Positions 1 to 13,996 of a stretch of DNA of 64,000 nucleotides are shown in pieces. The notes under the pieces were generated by a model. It was not told the DNA's origin. It worked only from the letters and a program-made list of their open reading frames with translations, and did not search any database. Made by a program: the position numbers and the translations under genes. The stretch's first letter is position 1. The number at the start of each line of letters is the position of its first letter. The DNA is from Escherichia coli (GTDB lineage Bacteria > Pseudomonadota > Gammaproteobacteria > Enterobacterales > Enterobacteriaceae), in assembly GCF_022846255.1 (NCBI RefSeq), contig NZ_AP025682.1; one strand, written 5' to 3'.

Positions 1-775
1 TTTTATGGCTGCGTAAGGTGCGAAAACGTGAGTCGGCATCACCATCCAAAAGCACCGAACAGTCGATACAGTGTTCCAGCACTTTAGGGCCAGCCAGCGA
101 GCCATCTTTGGTTACGTGCCCGACCATGACAATCGCCACACCGCGCGTTTTGGCGAAGCGCGTCAGATAAGCCGCCGTTTCACGCACCTGTGCCACGCTG
201 CCAGGCGATGATTGTACATCCGCCATATGCATCACCTGGATGGAGTCAATTACCATCAGCTTCGGTTGCTCTTCTTCGGCAATCAGGCAGATCTGCTCGA
301 TGCTGGTTTCCGACAGCATATTAAGATTGTCAGTCGGCAGGCCAAGGCGATGAGCGCGCATTGCCACCTGTTGCAGCGACTCTTCGCCGGTGACATACAG
401 CGTTTTCATCTGCTGCGCCAGTTTGCACAGCGTTTGCAGCAACAGCGTGGATTTCCCCGCACCAGGGTTACCGCCAATCAGAATGGCGCTTCCCGGCACC
501 ACGCCGCCGCCTAATACGCGGTCGAACTCTTTAAATCCGGTGGAAAAACGCGGCAGCTCTTCAAGGCTGATGTCGGAAAGTTTCTGGACTTTTGCCACTC
601 CGGCGCTACCGGCATAGCCACTGAGACGCTCGTTACGCGCCACCGTTGGCGACGCTGCAAGACGCACCTCGGTGATGGTGTTCCAGGCATGACAGGCACT
701 GCACTGCCCCTGCCAGCGCGGATAATCGGCCCCGCATTCATTACAAACAAAGGCGCGTTTTGGAGCTTTTGCCAC
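1..775 (-). CDS. radA: DNA repair protein RadA/Sms, N-terminal part (gene runs off the window start)
   Basis: Minus-strand frame from GTG at 775 (GAGG RBS upstream) reads MAKAPKRAFVCNECGADYPRWQGQCSACHAW (C4 zinc finger) then GGNPGAGKST Walker A; no stop before the window edge, so it is absent from the ORF track. Confidence 0.85.
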   Translation of the reverse strand, partial: MAKAPKRAFVCNECGADYPRWQGQCSACHAWNTITEVRLAASPTVARNERLSGYAGSAGVAKVQKLSDISLEELPRFSTGFKEFDRVLGGGVVPGSAILIGGNPGAGKSTLLLQTLCKLAQQMKTLYVTGEESLQQVAMRAHRLGLPTDNLNMLSETSIEQICLIAEEEQPKLMVIDSIQVMHMADVQSSPGSVAQVRETAAYLTRFAKTRGVAIVMVGHVTKDGSLAGPKVLEHCIDCSVLLDGDADSRFRTLRSHK

Positions 776-823
776 GATGTACCTCGTTAATGCTGTGCCG
801 CCCGCAGGATGACGGGCGGACAA

Positions 824-1792
824 TTACTTCTGATTCAGGCTGCCAGAGAGGATGCAGAATACCCCCATCAGGTCAGCGTGACGGATGGTGACTTCCGTCT
901 TTTCATTCACTTTTGGCTTGGCATGGTAGGCAATCCCCAGCCCTGCCGCTTTGATCATCGGCAGGTCATTGGCTCCATCGCCAATCGCCACGGTCTGCGC
1001 CAGCGGGATTTCATACTCCTGCGCGAGGCGGGTCAGGGTTTTCGCTTTATATTGCGCGTCAACGATGTCGCCGATCACATTGCCGGTAAATTTACCGTCC
1101 ATGATCTCCAGTTCATTGGCTACCACGGTTGTCAGGCGTAGCTTGTCGCGCAGGTATTCAGCAAAGAAAGTAAAGCCGCCGGAGGCAATCGCCACTTTCC
1201 AGCCCAGCGTTTCCAGCTTGAGTACCAGCTGCGTTAAGCCTGGCATCAGCGGCAGATTTTCACGCACCTGTTGCAGAATATTGGCGTCAGCGCCTTTCAG
1301 CGTCGCCACGCGGCTGCGCAGGCTGGCGGTAAAATCGAGTTCGCCGCGCATCGCCCGTTCGGTTACCTCCGCCACCCTCTCGCCCGTTCCGGCCAGTTTG
1401 GCGATTTCATCAATACATTCAATCTGGATGGCGGTGGAATCCATGTCCATCACCAGCAACCCCGGCGTGCGCAGGTGTGGGATTTTCCCCAGCGGCGCGA
1501 CATCCAGTTGCGCTTCATGGGCCAGGCGCGTAGCCCGCGCAGTGAGTGAACCTGCCAGACGAATCACCTGATAATCTTCCACGCACCAGGCGGCAACAAT
1601 CACCATAGCCGCGCCCAGTTTGCTCTGGTATTGGGTCAGACGTTGTTTATCCAGCCCACGACCATACAGCAGCCAGCCGCTACGACCTGCGTGGTAATCC
1701 AGTGGCATCACTTCATCACCACTTAATGAAAGAGGCAGACCAGGCCATAAAGAGACATCTTCAGGCAGGTCGCACCAGGTAATGTTAGGCAT
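824..1792 (-). CDS. serB: Phosphoserine phosphatase
   Basis: ORF track 824..1930; start set at internal Met (MPNITWCDLPEDV) with CAGGAG RBS; HAD motif DMDSTAI; 322 aa; synteny with radA. Confidence 0.93.
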   Translation of the reverse strand: MPNITWCDLPEDVSLWPGLPLSLSGDEVMPLDYHAGRSGWLLYGRGLDKQRLTQYQSKLGAAMVIVAAWCVEDYQVIRLAGSLTARATRLAHEAQLDVAPLGKIPHLRTPGLLVMDMDSTAIQIECIDEIAKLAGTGERVAEVTERAMRGELDFTASLRSRVATLKGADANILQQVRENLPLMPGLTQLVLKLETLGWKVAIASGGFTFFAEYLRDKLRLTTVVANELEIMDGKFTGNVIGDIVDAQYKAKTLTRLAQEYEIPLAQTVAIGDGANDLPMIKAAGLGIAYHAKPKVNEKTEVTIRHADLMGVFCILSGSLNQK

Positions 1793-1897
1793 TAAGGCTC
1801 CTGTAAAATCGTTCGAAGCAGGGAAAATAACGCATGAGGCTACCTTGTATCCATTGCTTCTGGCAACATTAAGTCTCAAATTTTCAAAGGGTGGAAG

Positions 1898-2542
1898 ATG
1901 GCTCGCACAAAACTGAAATTCCGGCTGCATCGGGCAGTGATTGTCCTGTTCTGTCTTGCCTTGTTAGTGGCGCTGATGCAGGGGGCGTCATGGTTTAGTC
2001 AAAACCACCAGCGACAGCGTAATCCACAGCTGGAAGAACTGGCCCGCACCCTGGCGCGTCAGGTGACGCTGAACGTTGCACCGCTGATGCGTACCGACTC
2101 ACCGGATGAAAAACGCATTCAGGCGATCCTCGATCAGTTAACGGATGAAAGCCGTATCCTCGACGCGGGCGTGTATGACGAACAAGGCGATCTTATCGCC
2201 CGTTCTGGCGAAAGCGTCGAAGTGCGCGACCGGTTGGCGCTCGACGGCAAAAAAGCGGGCGGCTATTTTAACCAGCAGATTGTCGAACCTATTGCCGGGA
2301 AAAACGGACCGCTCGGCTATCTGCGCCTGACGCTCGACACCCATACGCTCGCCACCGAAGCCCAACAGGTGGATAACACCACTAACATTTTACGCCTGAT
2401 GTTGCTGCTCTCACTGGCAATCGGCGTAGTGCTGACCCGCACGCTGCTACAGGGTAAACGCACCCGCTGGCAGCAATCGCCCTTCCTGTTAACCGCCAGC
2501 AAACCGGTGCCGGAAGAGGAAGAAAGCGAGAAAAAAGAGTGA
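1898..2542 (+). CDS. ytjB: Inner membrane protein YtjB/Smp
   Basis: 214-aa ORF, N-terminal TM helix, divergent from serB as in E. coli. Confidence 0.9.
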   Translation: MARTKLKFRLHRAVIVLFCLALLVALMQGASWFSQNHQRQRNPQLEELARTLARQVTLNVAPLMRTDSPDEKRIQAILDQLTDESRILDAGVYDEQGDLIARSGESVEVRDRLALDGKKAGGYFNQQIVEPIAGKNGPLGYLRLTLDTHTLATEAQQVDNTTNILRLMLLLSLAIGVVLTRTLLQGKRTRWQQSPFLLTASKPVPEEEESEKKE

Positions 2543-2569
2543 CCCATTACTACAAGAAAGGAAATCGTT

Positions 2570-3586
2570 ATGTCCACATTACGCCTGCTCATCTCTGACT
2601 CTTACGACCCGTGGTTTAACCTGGCGGTGGAGGAGTGTATTTTTCGCCAGATGCCCGCCACGCAGCGCGTTCTGTTTCTCTGGCGCAATGCCGACACGGT
2701 AGTGATTGGTCGCGCACAGAACCCGTGGAAAGAGTGTAATACCCGGCGGATGGAAGAAGATAACGTCCGCCTGGCGCGGCGCAGCAGCGGTGGCGGCGCG
2801 GTGTTCCACGATCTCGGTAATACCTGCTTTACCTTTATGGCTGGCAAGCCGGAGTACGATAAAACCATCTCCACGTCGATTGTGCTCAATGCTCTGAACG
2901 CGCTCGGCGTCAGCGCCGAAGCGTCCGGACGTAACGATCTGGTGGTGAAAACCGCCGAAGGCGACCGCAAAGTCTCAGGCTCAGCCTATCGCGAAACCAA
3001 AGATCGCGGCTTCCACCACGGCACCTTGCTACTCAATGCTGACCTTAGCCGTCTGGCAAACTATCTCAACCCGGATAAAAAGAAACTGGCGGCGAAAGGC
3101 ATTACCTCGGTACGTTCCCGCGTGACCAACCTCACCGAATTGCTGCCGGGGATCACCCATGAGCAGGTTTGCGAGGCGATTCGAGAGGCCTTTTTCGCCC
3201 ATTATGGCGAGCGCGTGGAAGCGGAAATCATCTCCCCGGACAAAACGCCAGACCTGCCGAACTTCGCCGAAACCTTTGCCCGTCAGAGTAGCTGGGAATG
3301 GAACTTCGGTCAGGCTCCGGCGTTTTCGCATCTGCTGGATGAACGCTTTACCTGGGGCGGCGTAGAACTGCATTTCGACGTCGAAAAAGGCCATATCACC
3401 CGCGCCCAGGTGTTTACCGACAGCCTCAACCCCGCGCCGCTGGAAGCCCTCGCCGGGCGACTGCAAGGCTGCCTGTACCGCGCAGATATGCTGCAACAGG
3501 AGTGCGAAGCGCTGCTGGTTGACTTCCCGGAACAGGAAAAAGAGCTACGGGAGTTGTCAGCGTGGATGGCAGGGGCGGTAAGGTAA
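2570..3586 (+). CDS. lplA: Lipoate-protein ligase A
   Basis: 338-aa [25 protein letters not shown]..., full-length LplA-like. Confidence 0.95.
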   Translation: MSTLRLLISDSYDPWFNLAVEECIFRQMPATQRVLFLWRNADTVVIGRAQNPWKECNTRRMEEDNVRLARRSSGGGAVFHDLGNTCFTFMAGKPEYDKTISTSIVLNALNALGVSAEASGRNDLVVKTAEGDRKVSGSAYRETKDRGFHHGTLLLNADLSRLANYLNPDKKKLAAKGITSVRSRVTNLTELLPGITHEQVCEAIREAFFAHYGERVEAEIISPDKTPDLPNFAETFARQSSWEWNFGQAPAFSHLLDERFTWGGVELHFDVEKGHITRAQVFTDSLNPAPLEALAGRLQGCLYRADMLQQECEALLVDFPEQEKELRELSAWMAGAVR

Positions 3587-3617
3587 CTCGCTGATTAAAA
3601 TATCCAGGGAAGGAAAT

Positions 3618-3881
3618 ATGATCGATCTGGAAAACCAGGAACGGGAGATTATCAATTTAATGTTCAGCCAGGGTATATCCTGGCTAACCGCCGTGCGTAT
3701 CAGGCATAAACTATCACTTGCTGAAGTAAGTAAAATGTTAGGTATCTCCATTAATTCTCTAAAACAGATCGAAAAGACGGAACGGCTTAGTTCAAACATC
3801 AAAAGCAAAATGGCAGGAATTTATGGTTGTCCACCAGAGTTGCTGATATGCCCTTCCTGGATGACTGCTGAACATAAATGA
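3618..3881 (+). CDS. Small XRE-family helix-turn-helix protein (87 aa), hypothetical
   Basis: ORF with GGAAGG RBS 4 nt upstream of ATG; HTH signature LSLAEVSKMLGISINSLKQIEK; clearly lower GC than flanking genes; occupies the position where K-12 has yjjJ. Confidence 0.55.
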   Translation: MIDLENQEREIINLMFSQGISWLTAVRIRHKLSLAEVSKMLGISINSLKQIEKTERLSSNIKSKMAGIYGCPPELLICPSWMTAEHK

Positions 3882-3978
3882 ATAGATTCGTGAATAGATA
3901 CTTGAATGGATTTTATTTTCTATCCATATGAAAAATAATAGTAAATCTATAAATCAGTTGCTATTGATGAATAAATAC

Positions 3979-4010
3979 TAAAAAGCCGGAGCAGTCTCCC
4001 ACTCCGGCTT
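3979..4010 (-). terminator. Rho-independent terminator downstream of deoD
   Basis: 8-bp stem AGCCGGAG/CTCCGGCT with 10-nt loop; A5 run on plus strand gives a U-tract after the hairpin on the minus strand. Confidence 0.7.
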
Positions 4011-4041
4011 CACACGACAATCGCCTTTCAGCAAAACACAA

Positions 4042-4761
4042 TTACTCTTTATCGCCCAGCAGAACGGATTCCAGCGCGATTTTGATCATGTCGTTGAAGG
4101 TGGTCTGACGCTCAGCGGCAGTGGTCTGCTCGTGAGTGCGGATGTGGTCAGACACGGTGCAGATGGTCAGGGCTTTCGCGCCAAATTCTGCAGCGACGCC
4201 GTAGATACCAGCCGCTTCCATTTCCACGCCGAGGATGCCGTATTTTTCCATCACGTCGAACATTTCGCCGTCCGGAGAGTAGAACAGGTCAGCGGAGAAC
4301 AGGTTACCAACGCGAGCATCAACGCCCAGTGCTTTTGCCGCGTCTACCGCGTTACGCACCATGTCGAAGTCAGCGATAGCGGCAAAGTCATGGTCTTTAA
4401 AACGGATGCGGTTAACTTTGGAATCGGTGCAGGCACCCATACCGATAACGACGTCGCGCAGTTTTACGTGCGGCAGAACAGCGCCACAGGAACCAACGCG
4501 GATAATTTTCTTCACGCCGAAATCAGTGATCAGTTCTTTGGTGTAGATGGAGCAGGACGGGATACCCATACCGTGGCCCATTACGGAAATTTTGCGGCCT
4601 TTGTAAGTACCAGTGAAGCCCAGCATACCGCGAACGTTGTTCACTTCACGGGCATCTTCAAGGAAAGTTTCAGCAATATACTTCGCACGCAGCGGGTCGC
4701 CTGGCATCAAAACTACGTCAGCAAAATCGCCCATTTCTGCATTAATGTGTGGAGTAGCCAT
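4042..4761 (-). CDS. deoD: Purine nucleoside phosphorylase DeoD
   Basis: ORF track 4042..4818; start at internal Met ([13 protein letters not shown]) with AAGGAT RBS; 239 aa. Confidence 0.95.
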   Translation of the reverse strand: MATPHINAEMGDFADVVLMPGDPLRAKYIAETFLEDAREVNNVRGMLGFTGTYKGRKISVMGHGMGIPSCSIYTKELITDFGVKKIIRVGSCGAVLPHVKLRDVVIGMGACTDSKVNRIRFKDHDFAAIADFDMVRNAVDAAKALGVDARVGNLFSADLFYSPDGEMFDVMEKYGILGVEMEAAGIYGVAAEFGAKALTICTVSDHIRTHEQTTAAERQTTFNDMIKIALESVLLGDKE

Positions 4762-4817
4762 CGTTTTATCCTTTTTGTGACATATTAAAGGCGGAGTCAC
4801 TGCTCCGCCCAAATCCA

Positions 4818-6062
<1,245 letters not shown>

Positions 6063-6092
6063 TCAAATTTAAATGATCAGATCAGTATACCG

Positions 6093-7415
6093 TTATTCGC
6101 TGATACGGCGATAGACAGTTGGTGTGCTTTCCGGTGCTTTATCGGCAAGTTTAATTGCCGCTTTCACCGCTTTCGCCGCTTCCTGCCAGCTGTTTTCGTC
6201 TTTCGCGTGGATAACTGCCAGCGGACGCTGACCGTCTACCTGGTCGCCCAGACGCGCCATATCAGTAAAGCCGACGCTGTAATCGATGGTGTCAGATGCC
6301 TGACGGCGTCCGCCGCCCATTGCAACCACTGCCATCCCCAGCGCGCGGGTATCCATTTCACTGACAAACCCTTCGGTATCAGCATAGACTGCTTTCGTCA
6401 GCATCGCTGTCGGCAGATACTTCGCGTAGTTCTCAACGAAGTCGGTCGGACCTTTTTGTGCCGCTACCATACGACCAAAGACTTCTGCTGCTTTACCGTT
6501 GTCCAGCACCGCCTGTAATTTCGCGCGCGCTTCGGCGTCATTTTTCGCCAGTTTGCCGGAGATCAGCATCTCCACGCACAGTGCCATCGTGACATCAAAC
6601 AGACGCGGGTTACGATATTCACCCGTCAGGAACTGCACCGCTTCACGAACTTCAACCGCGTTACCTGCACTGGAGGCCAGTACCTGATTCATATCGGTGA
6701 GCAGCGCGGTGGTGCGCACGCCAGCGCCGTTAGCCACGCCAACAATCGCTTCGGCAAGGGCTTCAGAGAGTTCGTAGGTCGGCATAAACGCGCCGCTACC
6801 CACTTTCACGTCCATCACCAGCGCGTCCAGACCTTCCGCCAGTTTCTTCGCCAGAATAGAGGCGGTGATCAGCGGGATTGAATCCACGGTTGCGGTAATA
6901 TCGCGGGTCGCGTAGAAACGTTTATCCGCCGGAGCCAATGAGCTGGTCTGGCCGATAATCGCCACGCCGACGTCTTTAATAATTTCGCGGAAACGGTTGT
7001 CATCCGGGAAAATGTCGAAGCCAGGGATGGATTCCAGTTTGTCGAGCGTACCGCCAGTATGACCGAGGCCGCGACCGGAGATCATCGGAATATAGCCGCC
7101 ACAGGCAGCGACCATCGGCCCCAACATCAGCGAAGTCACATCGCCGACACCGCCGGTCGAGTGTTTATCAACAATCGGGCCATTCAGATGCAGGCTTTTC
7201 CAGTCGAGAACGGTTCCTGAATCTCGCATCGCCATGGTCAGCGAGACACGCTCAGGCATTGTCATATCGTGGAAGAAAATGGTCATCGCGAGGGCGGCAA
7301 TCTGCCCTTCGGAGATAGTGTTGTCGCGAATGCCGTTGATAAAGAAACGAATTTCTTCATCACTCAGCGCATGACCATCACGTTTTTTACGAATAATTTC
7401 TTGTGCGAGAAACAA
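6093..7415 (-). CDS. deoA: Thymidine phosphorylase
   Basis: ORF track 6093..7484; start set to TTG at 7415 (reads [13 protein letters not shown]) with GGGAGG RBS; 440 aa. Confidence 0.9.
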
Positions 7416-7492
7416 GGTAACCTCCCGTGGAAAAGAGACGAGGTAATCGGGGAACCGGATGAGCATCGCTGCATCATCCGGCAAATCAAGCC

Positions 7493-8272
7493 TTAGTAGC
7501 TGCTGGCGCTCTTACCGTCGCCGTGGCCCAGAGCTTTCAGCAGGCTTGCCAGCAAGCTGGAAGCACCAAAGCGGTAGTGACGCGCATCAGCCCAGTCAGC
7601 ACCGAACAGTTCATCTGCAATGGCGAGATATTTCTGCGCATCTTCCGCAGTACGCACGCCGCCCGCCGGTTTGAAACCAACGGTTTTTTCTACGCCCATA
7701 TCGCGGATCACTTCCATCATGATGCGCGCGCTTTCCGGCGTCGCATTCACAGCCACTTTACCGGTAGAGGTTTTGATGAAGTCAGCACCCGCTTTGATGG
7801 AGATTTCAGACGCTTTACGGATCAGCGCTTCGTCTTTCAGTTCGCCGGTTTCAATAATCACTTTCAGCAGTACGTTCGCCGCAGCGCAAGCCTCTTTACA
7901 GGCTTTCACCAGGTCAAAACCAACCTGCTCGTTACCCGCCATCAGCGCGCGGTACGGGAACACCACGTCAACTTCATCGGCACCGTAGGCGATTGCCGCA
8001 CGGGTTTCTGCCAGCGCAATGTCGATGTCGTCGTTACCGTGTGGGAAGTTAGTTACCGTAGCGATACGGATTTCCGGGGTGCCCTGCTCTTTCAGAGTTT
8101 TGCGAGCAATCGGGATAAAGCGAGGATAGATACAGATAGCGGCGGTATTGCCGACCGGAGTTTTGGCCTGATGACACAGGGCGATCACTTTCTCATCGGT
8201 GTCGTCGTCATTCAGGGTGGTCAGGTCCATCAATTTCAGTGCACGCAGGCTGCTTGCTTTCAGATCAGTCAT
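7493..8272 (-). CDS. deoC: Deoxyribose-phosphate aldolase
   Basis: ORF track 7493..8296; start at internal Met ([20 protein letters not shown]); 259 aa. Confidence 0.95.
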
Positions 8273-8529
8273 TTCATTCTCCTGGCTTGTCGCCAATAAA
8301 ATTCACCTTGCGAGTTTGTTAGTATTCTAACATCTACTCCGCAACACACTTCGATGTACATCACAATTAAGGAAATCTACTTACAAGTTTGCATCACTGT
8401 AATGCGATCTGGTTCAAATAATTCACTTTCAAATGAATGCGTCAGTGGTGGCAAACGTATCAGGATCAAAGTGAACATCACGAAACTTCTTACAATGGCG
8501 CATCACCTTCGGCATAAAAGGAAAAGAAG
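8273..8529. promoter_or_regulatory. deo operon promoter region (deoP, expected DeoR/CytR/CRP operators), shared with the divergent yjjI
   Basis: Non-coding interval directly upstream of deoC on the minus strand and of yjjI on the plus strand; individual operators not mapped. Confidence 0.4.
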
Positions 8530-10080
8530 ATGCCCACTTCTCATGAAAATGCACTGCAACAACGTTGCCAGCAAATTGTCACCAGCCCGGTACTTAGCCC
8601 GGAGCAGAAGCGCCATTTTCTGGCACTGGAAGCAGAAAATAATCTGCCTTACCCACAGCTGCCTGCCGAAGCCCGCCGCGCGCTGGATGAGGGGGTAATC
8701 TGCGATATGTTTGAAGGTCATGCGCCGTACAAACCGCGCTATGTCTTACCCGATTACGCCCGTTTTCTGGCGCACGGTTCCGAATGGCTGGAGCTGGAAG
8801 GCGCGAAAGACCTTGATGACGCACTCTCTCTGCTGACCATTCTTTACCACCATGTACCGTCGGTCACATCGATGCCGGTCTACCTGGGGCAACTGGATGC
8901 GTTGTTGCAACCGTATGTTAGAATTATAACACAAGACGAGATCGATATTCGAATAAAACGTTTCTGGCGTTACCTCGACAGAACCCTGCCAGACGCCTTT
9001 ATGCATGCCAATATCGGCCCGTCTGATTCGCCCATTACCCGTGCGATATTACGTGCAGACGCAGAGCTGAAGCAGGTTTCACCGAACCTGACCTTTATCT
9101 ACGATCCTGATATCACCCCTGATGACCTGCTGCTGGAAGTGGCGAAAAACATCTGTGAATGTAGCAAACCGCACATCGCCAACGGTCCGGTGCATGATAA
9201 AATTTTCACAAAGGGGGGCTACGGGATTGTGAGCTGTTACAACTCACTGCCGCTGGCGGGTGGTGGCAGCACGCTGGTACGCCTAAACCTGAAAGCCATT
9301 GCCGAGCGCAGTGAATCGCTGGAGGACTTCTTTACGCGCACTCTACCGCACTACTGCCAACAGCAGATCGCCATCATCGATGCGCGGTGTGAATTCCTCT
9401 ATCAACAATCACACTTCTTTGAGAATAGCTTCCTGGTGAAAGAAGGGCTGATTAACCCTGAACGTTTTGTGCCGATGTTTGGCATGTATGGGCTGGCGGA
9501 AGCGGTTAACTTGCTGTGTGAAAAAGAAGGGATTGCCGCACGCTACGGTAAAGAGGCCGCCGCAAATGAAGTGGGTTATCGCATTAGCGCGCAACTGGCG
9601 GAGTTTGTCGCCAATACCCCCGTGAAATATGGCTGGCAAAAACGCGCCATGTTACACGCACAGTCGGGGATAAGTTCCGATATCGGCACCACGCCGGGCG
9701 CGCGTTTGCCGTATGGTGATGAGCCAGATCCGATTACCCATCTGCAAACTGTCGCCCCGCATCATGCTTATTATTATTCCGGCATCAGCGACATTCTGAC
9801 GCTCGACGAAACCATCAAACGTAATCCGCAGGCGCTGGTACAGCTTTGCCTCGGTGCCTTTAAAGCCGGAATGCGTGAATTTACCGCCAATGTCAGCGGT
9901 AACGATCTGGTTCGCGTTACCGGTTATATGGTGCGTTTGTCGGATTTAGAAAAATATCGCGCCGAAGGTTCACGCACCAACACTACCTGGCTGGGAGAAG
10001 AAGCCGCACGCAACACTCGTATTCTGGAACGCCAGCCGCGCGTGATAAGCCATGAACAGCAGATGCGCTTTAGTCAGTAA
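8530..10080 (+). CDS. yjjI: YjjI, DUF3029 glycine-radical-enzyme-like protein
   Basis: 516-aa [23 protein letters not shown]...; followed by an overlapping radical-SAM activase gene. Confidence 0.9.
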   Translation: MPTSHENALQQRCQQIVTSPVLSPEQKRHFLALEAENNLPYPQLPAEARRALDEGVICDMFEGHAPYKPRYVLPDYARFLAHGSEWLELEGAKDLDDALSLLTILYHHVPSVTSMPVYLGQLDALLQPYVRIITQDEIDIRIKRFWRYLDRTLPDAFMHANIGPSDSPITRAILRADAELKQVSPNLTFIYDPDITPDDLLLEVAKNICECSKPHIANGPVHDKIFTKGGYGIVSCYNSLPLAGGGSTLVRLNLKAIAERSESLEDFFTRTLPHYCQQQIAIIDARCEFLYQQSHFFENSFLVKEGLINPERFVPMFGMYGLAEAVNLLCEKEGIAARYGKEAAANEVGYRISAQLAEFVANTPVKYGWQKRAMLHAQSGISSDIGTTPGARLPYGDEPDPITHLQTVAPHHAYYYSGISDILTLDETIKRNPQALVQLCLGAFKAGMREFTANVSGNDLVRVTGYMVRLSDLEKYRAEGSRTNTTWLGEEAARNTRILERQPRVISHEQQMRFSQ

Positions 10081-10915
10081 GATTATCCCCTTCTCTTGCG
10101 TTGACGGGCCAGGCAGTCGTCTGGCTCTGTTTTTGCAGGGCTGCAATCTGCGCTGCAAAAACTGTCACAATCCGTGGACGATGGGGCGCTGTAATGATTG
10201 CGGAGAGTGCGTGCCGCAGTGTCCGCATCAGGCGTTGCAGATTGTCGACGGCAAAGTGGCGTGGAGCGCGGCTGTCTGCGAGCAATGTGATACCTGCCTG
10301 AAGATGTGTCCGCAACATGCTACGCCAATGGCGCAATCCATGAGCGTGGACGAGGTGCTTAACCATGTCCGCAAAGCGGTTCTGTTTATTGAAGGGATAA
10401 CGGTAAGCGGCGGCGAAGCCACGACCCAGTTGCCGTTTGTGGTGGCGCTGTTTACTGCCATCAAAAACGATCCGCAACTGTGCCATCTCACCTGCCTCGT
10501 GGACAGTAACGGCATGTTGAGCGAAACCGGCTGGGAAAAATTGCTCCCGGTGTGTGACGGCGCAATGCTCGATCTCAAAGCGTGGGGGAGCGAATGTCAT
10601 CAGCAATTAACCGGACGCGATAATCAGCAGATCAAGCGCAGCATCTGTTTGCTGGCAGAGCGCGGTAAGCTGGCGGAACTGCGTTTGCTGGTAATCCCTG
10701 GCCAGGTGGATTATTTGCAACACATCGAAGAACTGGCGGCGTTAATCAAGGGACTTGGCGATGTTCCGGTACGCCTGAACGCGTTTCATGCCCACGGCGT
10801 GTATGGCGAGGCGCAAAGCTGGCCGAGTGCCACGCCGGAGGATGTGGAACAACTGGCTGATGCGTTATGGGAGCGCGGGGTGAGCCGGTTAATATTTCCG
10901 GCGCTATATTTGTGA
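10052..10915 (+). CDS. yjjW: Glycyl-radical enzyme activating protein (radical SAM) YjjW
   Basis: 287-aa ORF; CxxxCxxC-type motif region [23 protein letters not shown] plus additional ferredoxin-like Cys clusters; overlaps yjjI by 29 nt. Confidence 0.9.
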   Translation: MNSRCALVSKIIPFSCVDGPGSRLALFLQGCNLRCKNCHNPWTMGRCNDCGECVPQCPHQALQIVDGKVAWSAAVCEQCDTCLKMCPQHATPMAQSMSVDEVLNHVRKAVLFIEGITVSGGEATTQLPFVVALFTAIKNDPQLCHLTCLVDSNGMLSETGWEKLLPVCDGAMLDLKAWGSECHQQLTGRDNQQIKRSICLLAERGKLAELRLLVIPGQVDYLQHIEELAALIKGLGDVPVRLNAFHAHGVYGEAQSWPSATPEDVEQLADALWERGVSRLIFPALYL

Positions 10916-10916
10916 C

Positions 10917-11907
<991 letters not shown>

Positions 11908-11911
<4 letters not shown>

Positions 11912-12981
11912 GCCAGATCCTCATTGTTAAATGTCGGGTCGTTCGCCTGCGGAGCGTCGCTCACTTCGGCAACCAGCGTATCGTTGGCGACTGGCGCAGG
12001 CGGAATAACGATCGACTCCGGCGTCACCACCGGCACCAGATGGCGGCTCAGCGGCGCTTTTTCAGTCAATAATTTACCGACCGTTGCCAGAAAATAACGC
12101 CCGCATAAACGTCCAAGTTTATAGTCTTCACGCAGCGCCGGAATCCGACTGCCGAGCGCGATACTATGCAATGGCTTCGGCGGATAAATTTCGAATATCC
12201 GCAGCTGGCCCGGTGGTTTCTCAATAAATTGCTGAATCTCACGATAGCTTGTTTCATGATGCTGCACCAGATTGACCAGCGGCTGCAGGCTACTGTCACC
12301 CAGCCAGCGTTCCATGCGTTTGAACCACTGCGGCGTGTAGTACATTTGTGACGGCACAGTGCGGATGACGACCAACGTTTTTGCTCCCTGCCTTGCCGCC
12401 TCTTTAACCGGGATCGCATCACTGATCCCACCATCCAGGTAGTTAATACCTTCCAGCGACACTCCGCTACGATAAAAGCCAGGTATCGCACTGGAGGCGC
12501 GAATCACATCCAGCCAGTTTTGTTTAGTTGGCAAAAAGTAATTCGGCGCATAGTCATCCTGACGACAGGCGCACATATAAAACGATTTGCCGCTGTCAAA
12601 TAACCGCGCTGCGGTATCCATTTGCAACGGCATCTGGCTTGCGGTGGCCTCCACCAGCCAATCGAGATCGATAAGATTTCCTCCACGGACAAAGCGCAAT
12701 GGATCGAAAAATTCGCGTTTTGTGGTGTAACGCATGATGACTTTGCGCGCGTAACCGGGCTGATTGCAGATATACGCCGAGAGGTTCTGCGCCCCGGCAG
12801 ATGTGCCGAGATAAAGATCGAAAGGATTAAACTGCGCGCGCATAAACTCATCCAGCACGCCAGCCGTGAAAATTCCACGTTGTCCGCCGCCTTCGCACAC
12901 CAGAGCAATCCGTCCAGGCTGGAACGGCCTTAGCGACAACGGCGCAATATTACCAAGCGTTACAGGTATTCGCTGCCCCAC
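11908..12981 (-). CDS. yjjU: Patatin-like phospholipase YjjU
   Basis: ORF track 11908..13017; start set to GTG at 12981 with AGGAAGG RBS; patatin motifs GGGQRG and GTSAG; overlaps yjjV start by 4 nt. Confidence 0.85.
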
Positions 12982-13102
12982 CTCTGCCTTCCTGTTTTTG
13001 TTGTGAAAGAATGACAAAGTAACGCAATTTATTATTCGCTAAAACCGCAAAAGCCAGTCCGCTGGACTGGCTTTGGATAAAATTTTCTTAATGGTCTGAA
13101 AT

Positions 13103-13264
13103 CTAGGGTCGTTTTCGGCCCATGAACAAACTCACCAGGAACAGAATAATCCCGACGACAAAGACAATTTTAGCTGCGCCTGCAGCAGTACCGGCCAGAC
13201 CACCAAACCCAAGTGCGGCGGCGATTAACGCGATAACCAGAAATATGATGCCCCAACGAAACAT
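13103..13264 (-). CDS. ytjA: DUF1328 small membrane protein YtjA
   Basis: ORF track 13103..13294; start at internal Met ([20 protein letters not shown]) with AAGGAG RBS; 53 aa. Confidence 0.85.
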
Positions 13265-13390
13265 AAGCGTCTCCTTTACCATAGTTAATGTCACCGCTTG
13301 ATATGAGCGTGAAAATCACTCAATGCGATATTTTTAGTGTGGTGCACATCGCGCCTCCCGACAAAGTTCGGGAGGTCGAATTACGACGAA

Positions 13391-13996
13391 TTACTTAGTT
13401 TTCAGATCATTTTTAACGCTTTTCACACCATCTACCGCTTTGGCGATACTTTCAGCACGGTCGCTCTGTGCCTGAGAATCTACGGTACCGGAGAGCTGGA
13501 CCACGCCATCGGTGGTTTCAACTTTCACATGACGGGAAGGGACGATATCGTCCGCCAGCAGTTTGGCTTTGATTTCACTGGTGGTGGCGGTGTCACCCGC
13601 GTAGCCCTTCACAGAGCCTTCTTTAGCGTCGCGAACGTGCAGTTTGTCGCTGACAGAGGTCACGCCCTCAACACCTTTCGCCACTTTCACCGCCTCTTCG
13701 GCCTGAGCCTGGCTTTCAACGAAACCGCTCAGGGTCACGACTTTTTGATCGGTTTTGACAGAGATATCGGTGCTCTTGATGTTGTCATGGTCCACCAGGG
13801 CTGCCTTCACTTTCGCGGTGATGGCACTGTCATCCATGAAATTACCGACTTTATTCATAGAGCTATCGACTTTTTGCCCTGCGCTTTCATTGGTAGTCTG
13901 CGCGTTGTTTTCTGCGTAGGCAGAGCCGGTCGCGACGGCAGAGGTCAACATTACAGCCAGCAGAGTTTTCGAAATCTTCAGTCTTGTCATAGTCAT
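13391..13996 (-). CDS. osmY: Osmotically inducible periplasmic protein OsmY (two BON domains)
   Basis: ORF track 13391..14074; start at [17 protein letters not shown] signal peptide; 201 aa. Confidence 0.93.

Noticed and set aside
511-750. 79-aa minus-strand ORF that could suggest a frameshifted radA
   Set aside because: It is in a different frame from the genuine radA reading frame, which reads through uninterrupted from GTG at 775 to the window edge; there is no evidence of a frameshift
7523-8299. 258-aa plus-strand ORF
   Set aside because: Antisense shadow of deoC
8354-8698. 114-aa plus-strand ORF in the deo promoter region
   Set aside because: Spans the deoC-yjjI regulatory interval and runs into the yjjI start in another frame; no RBS; more likely non-coding control DNA
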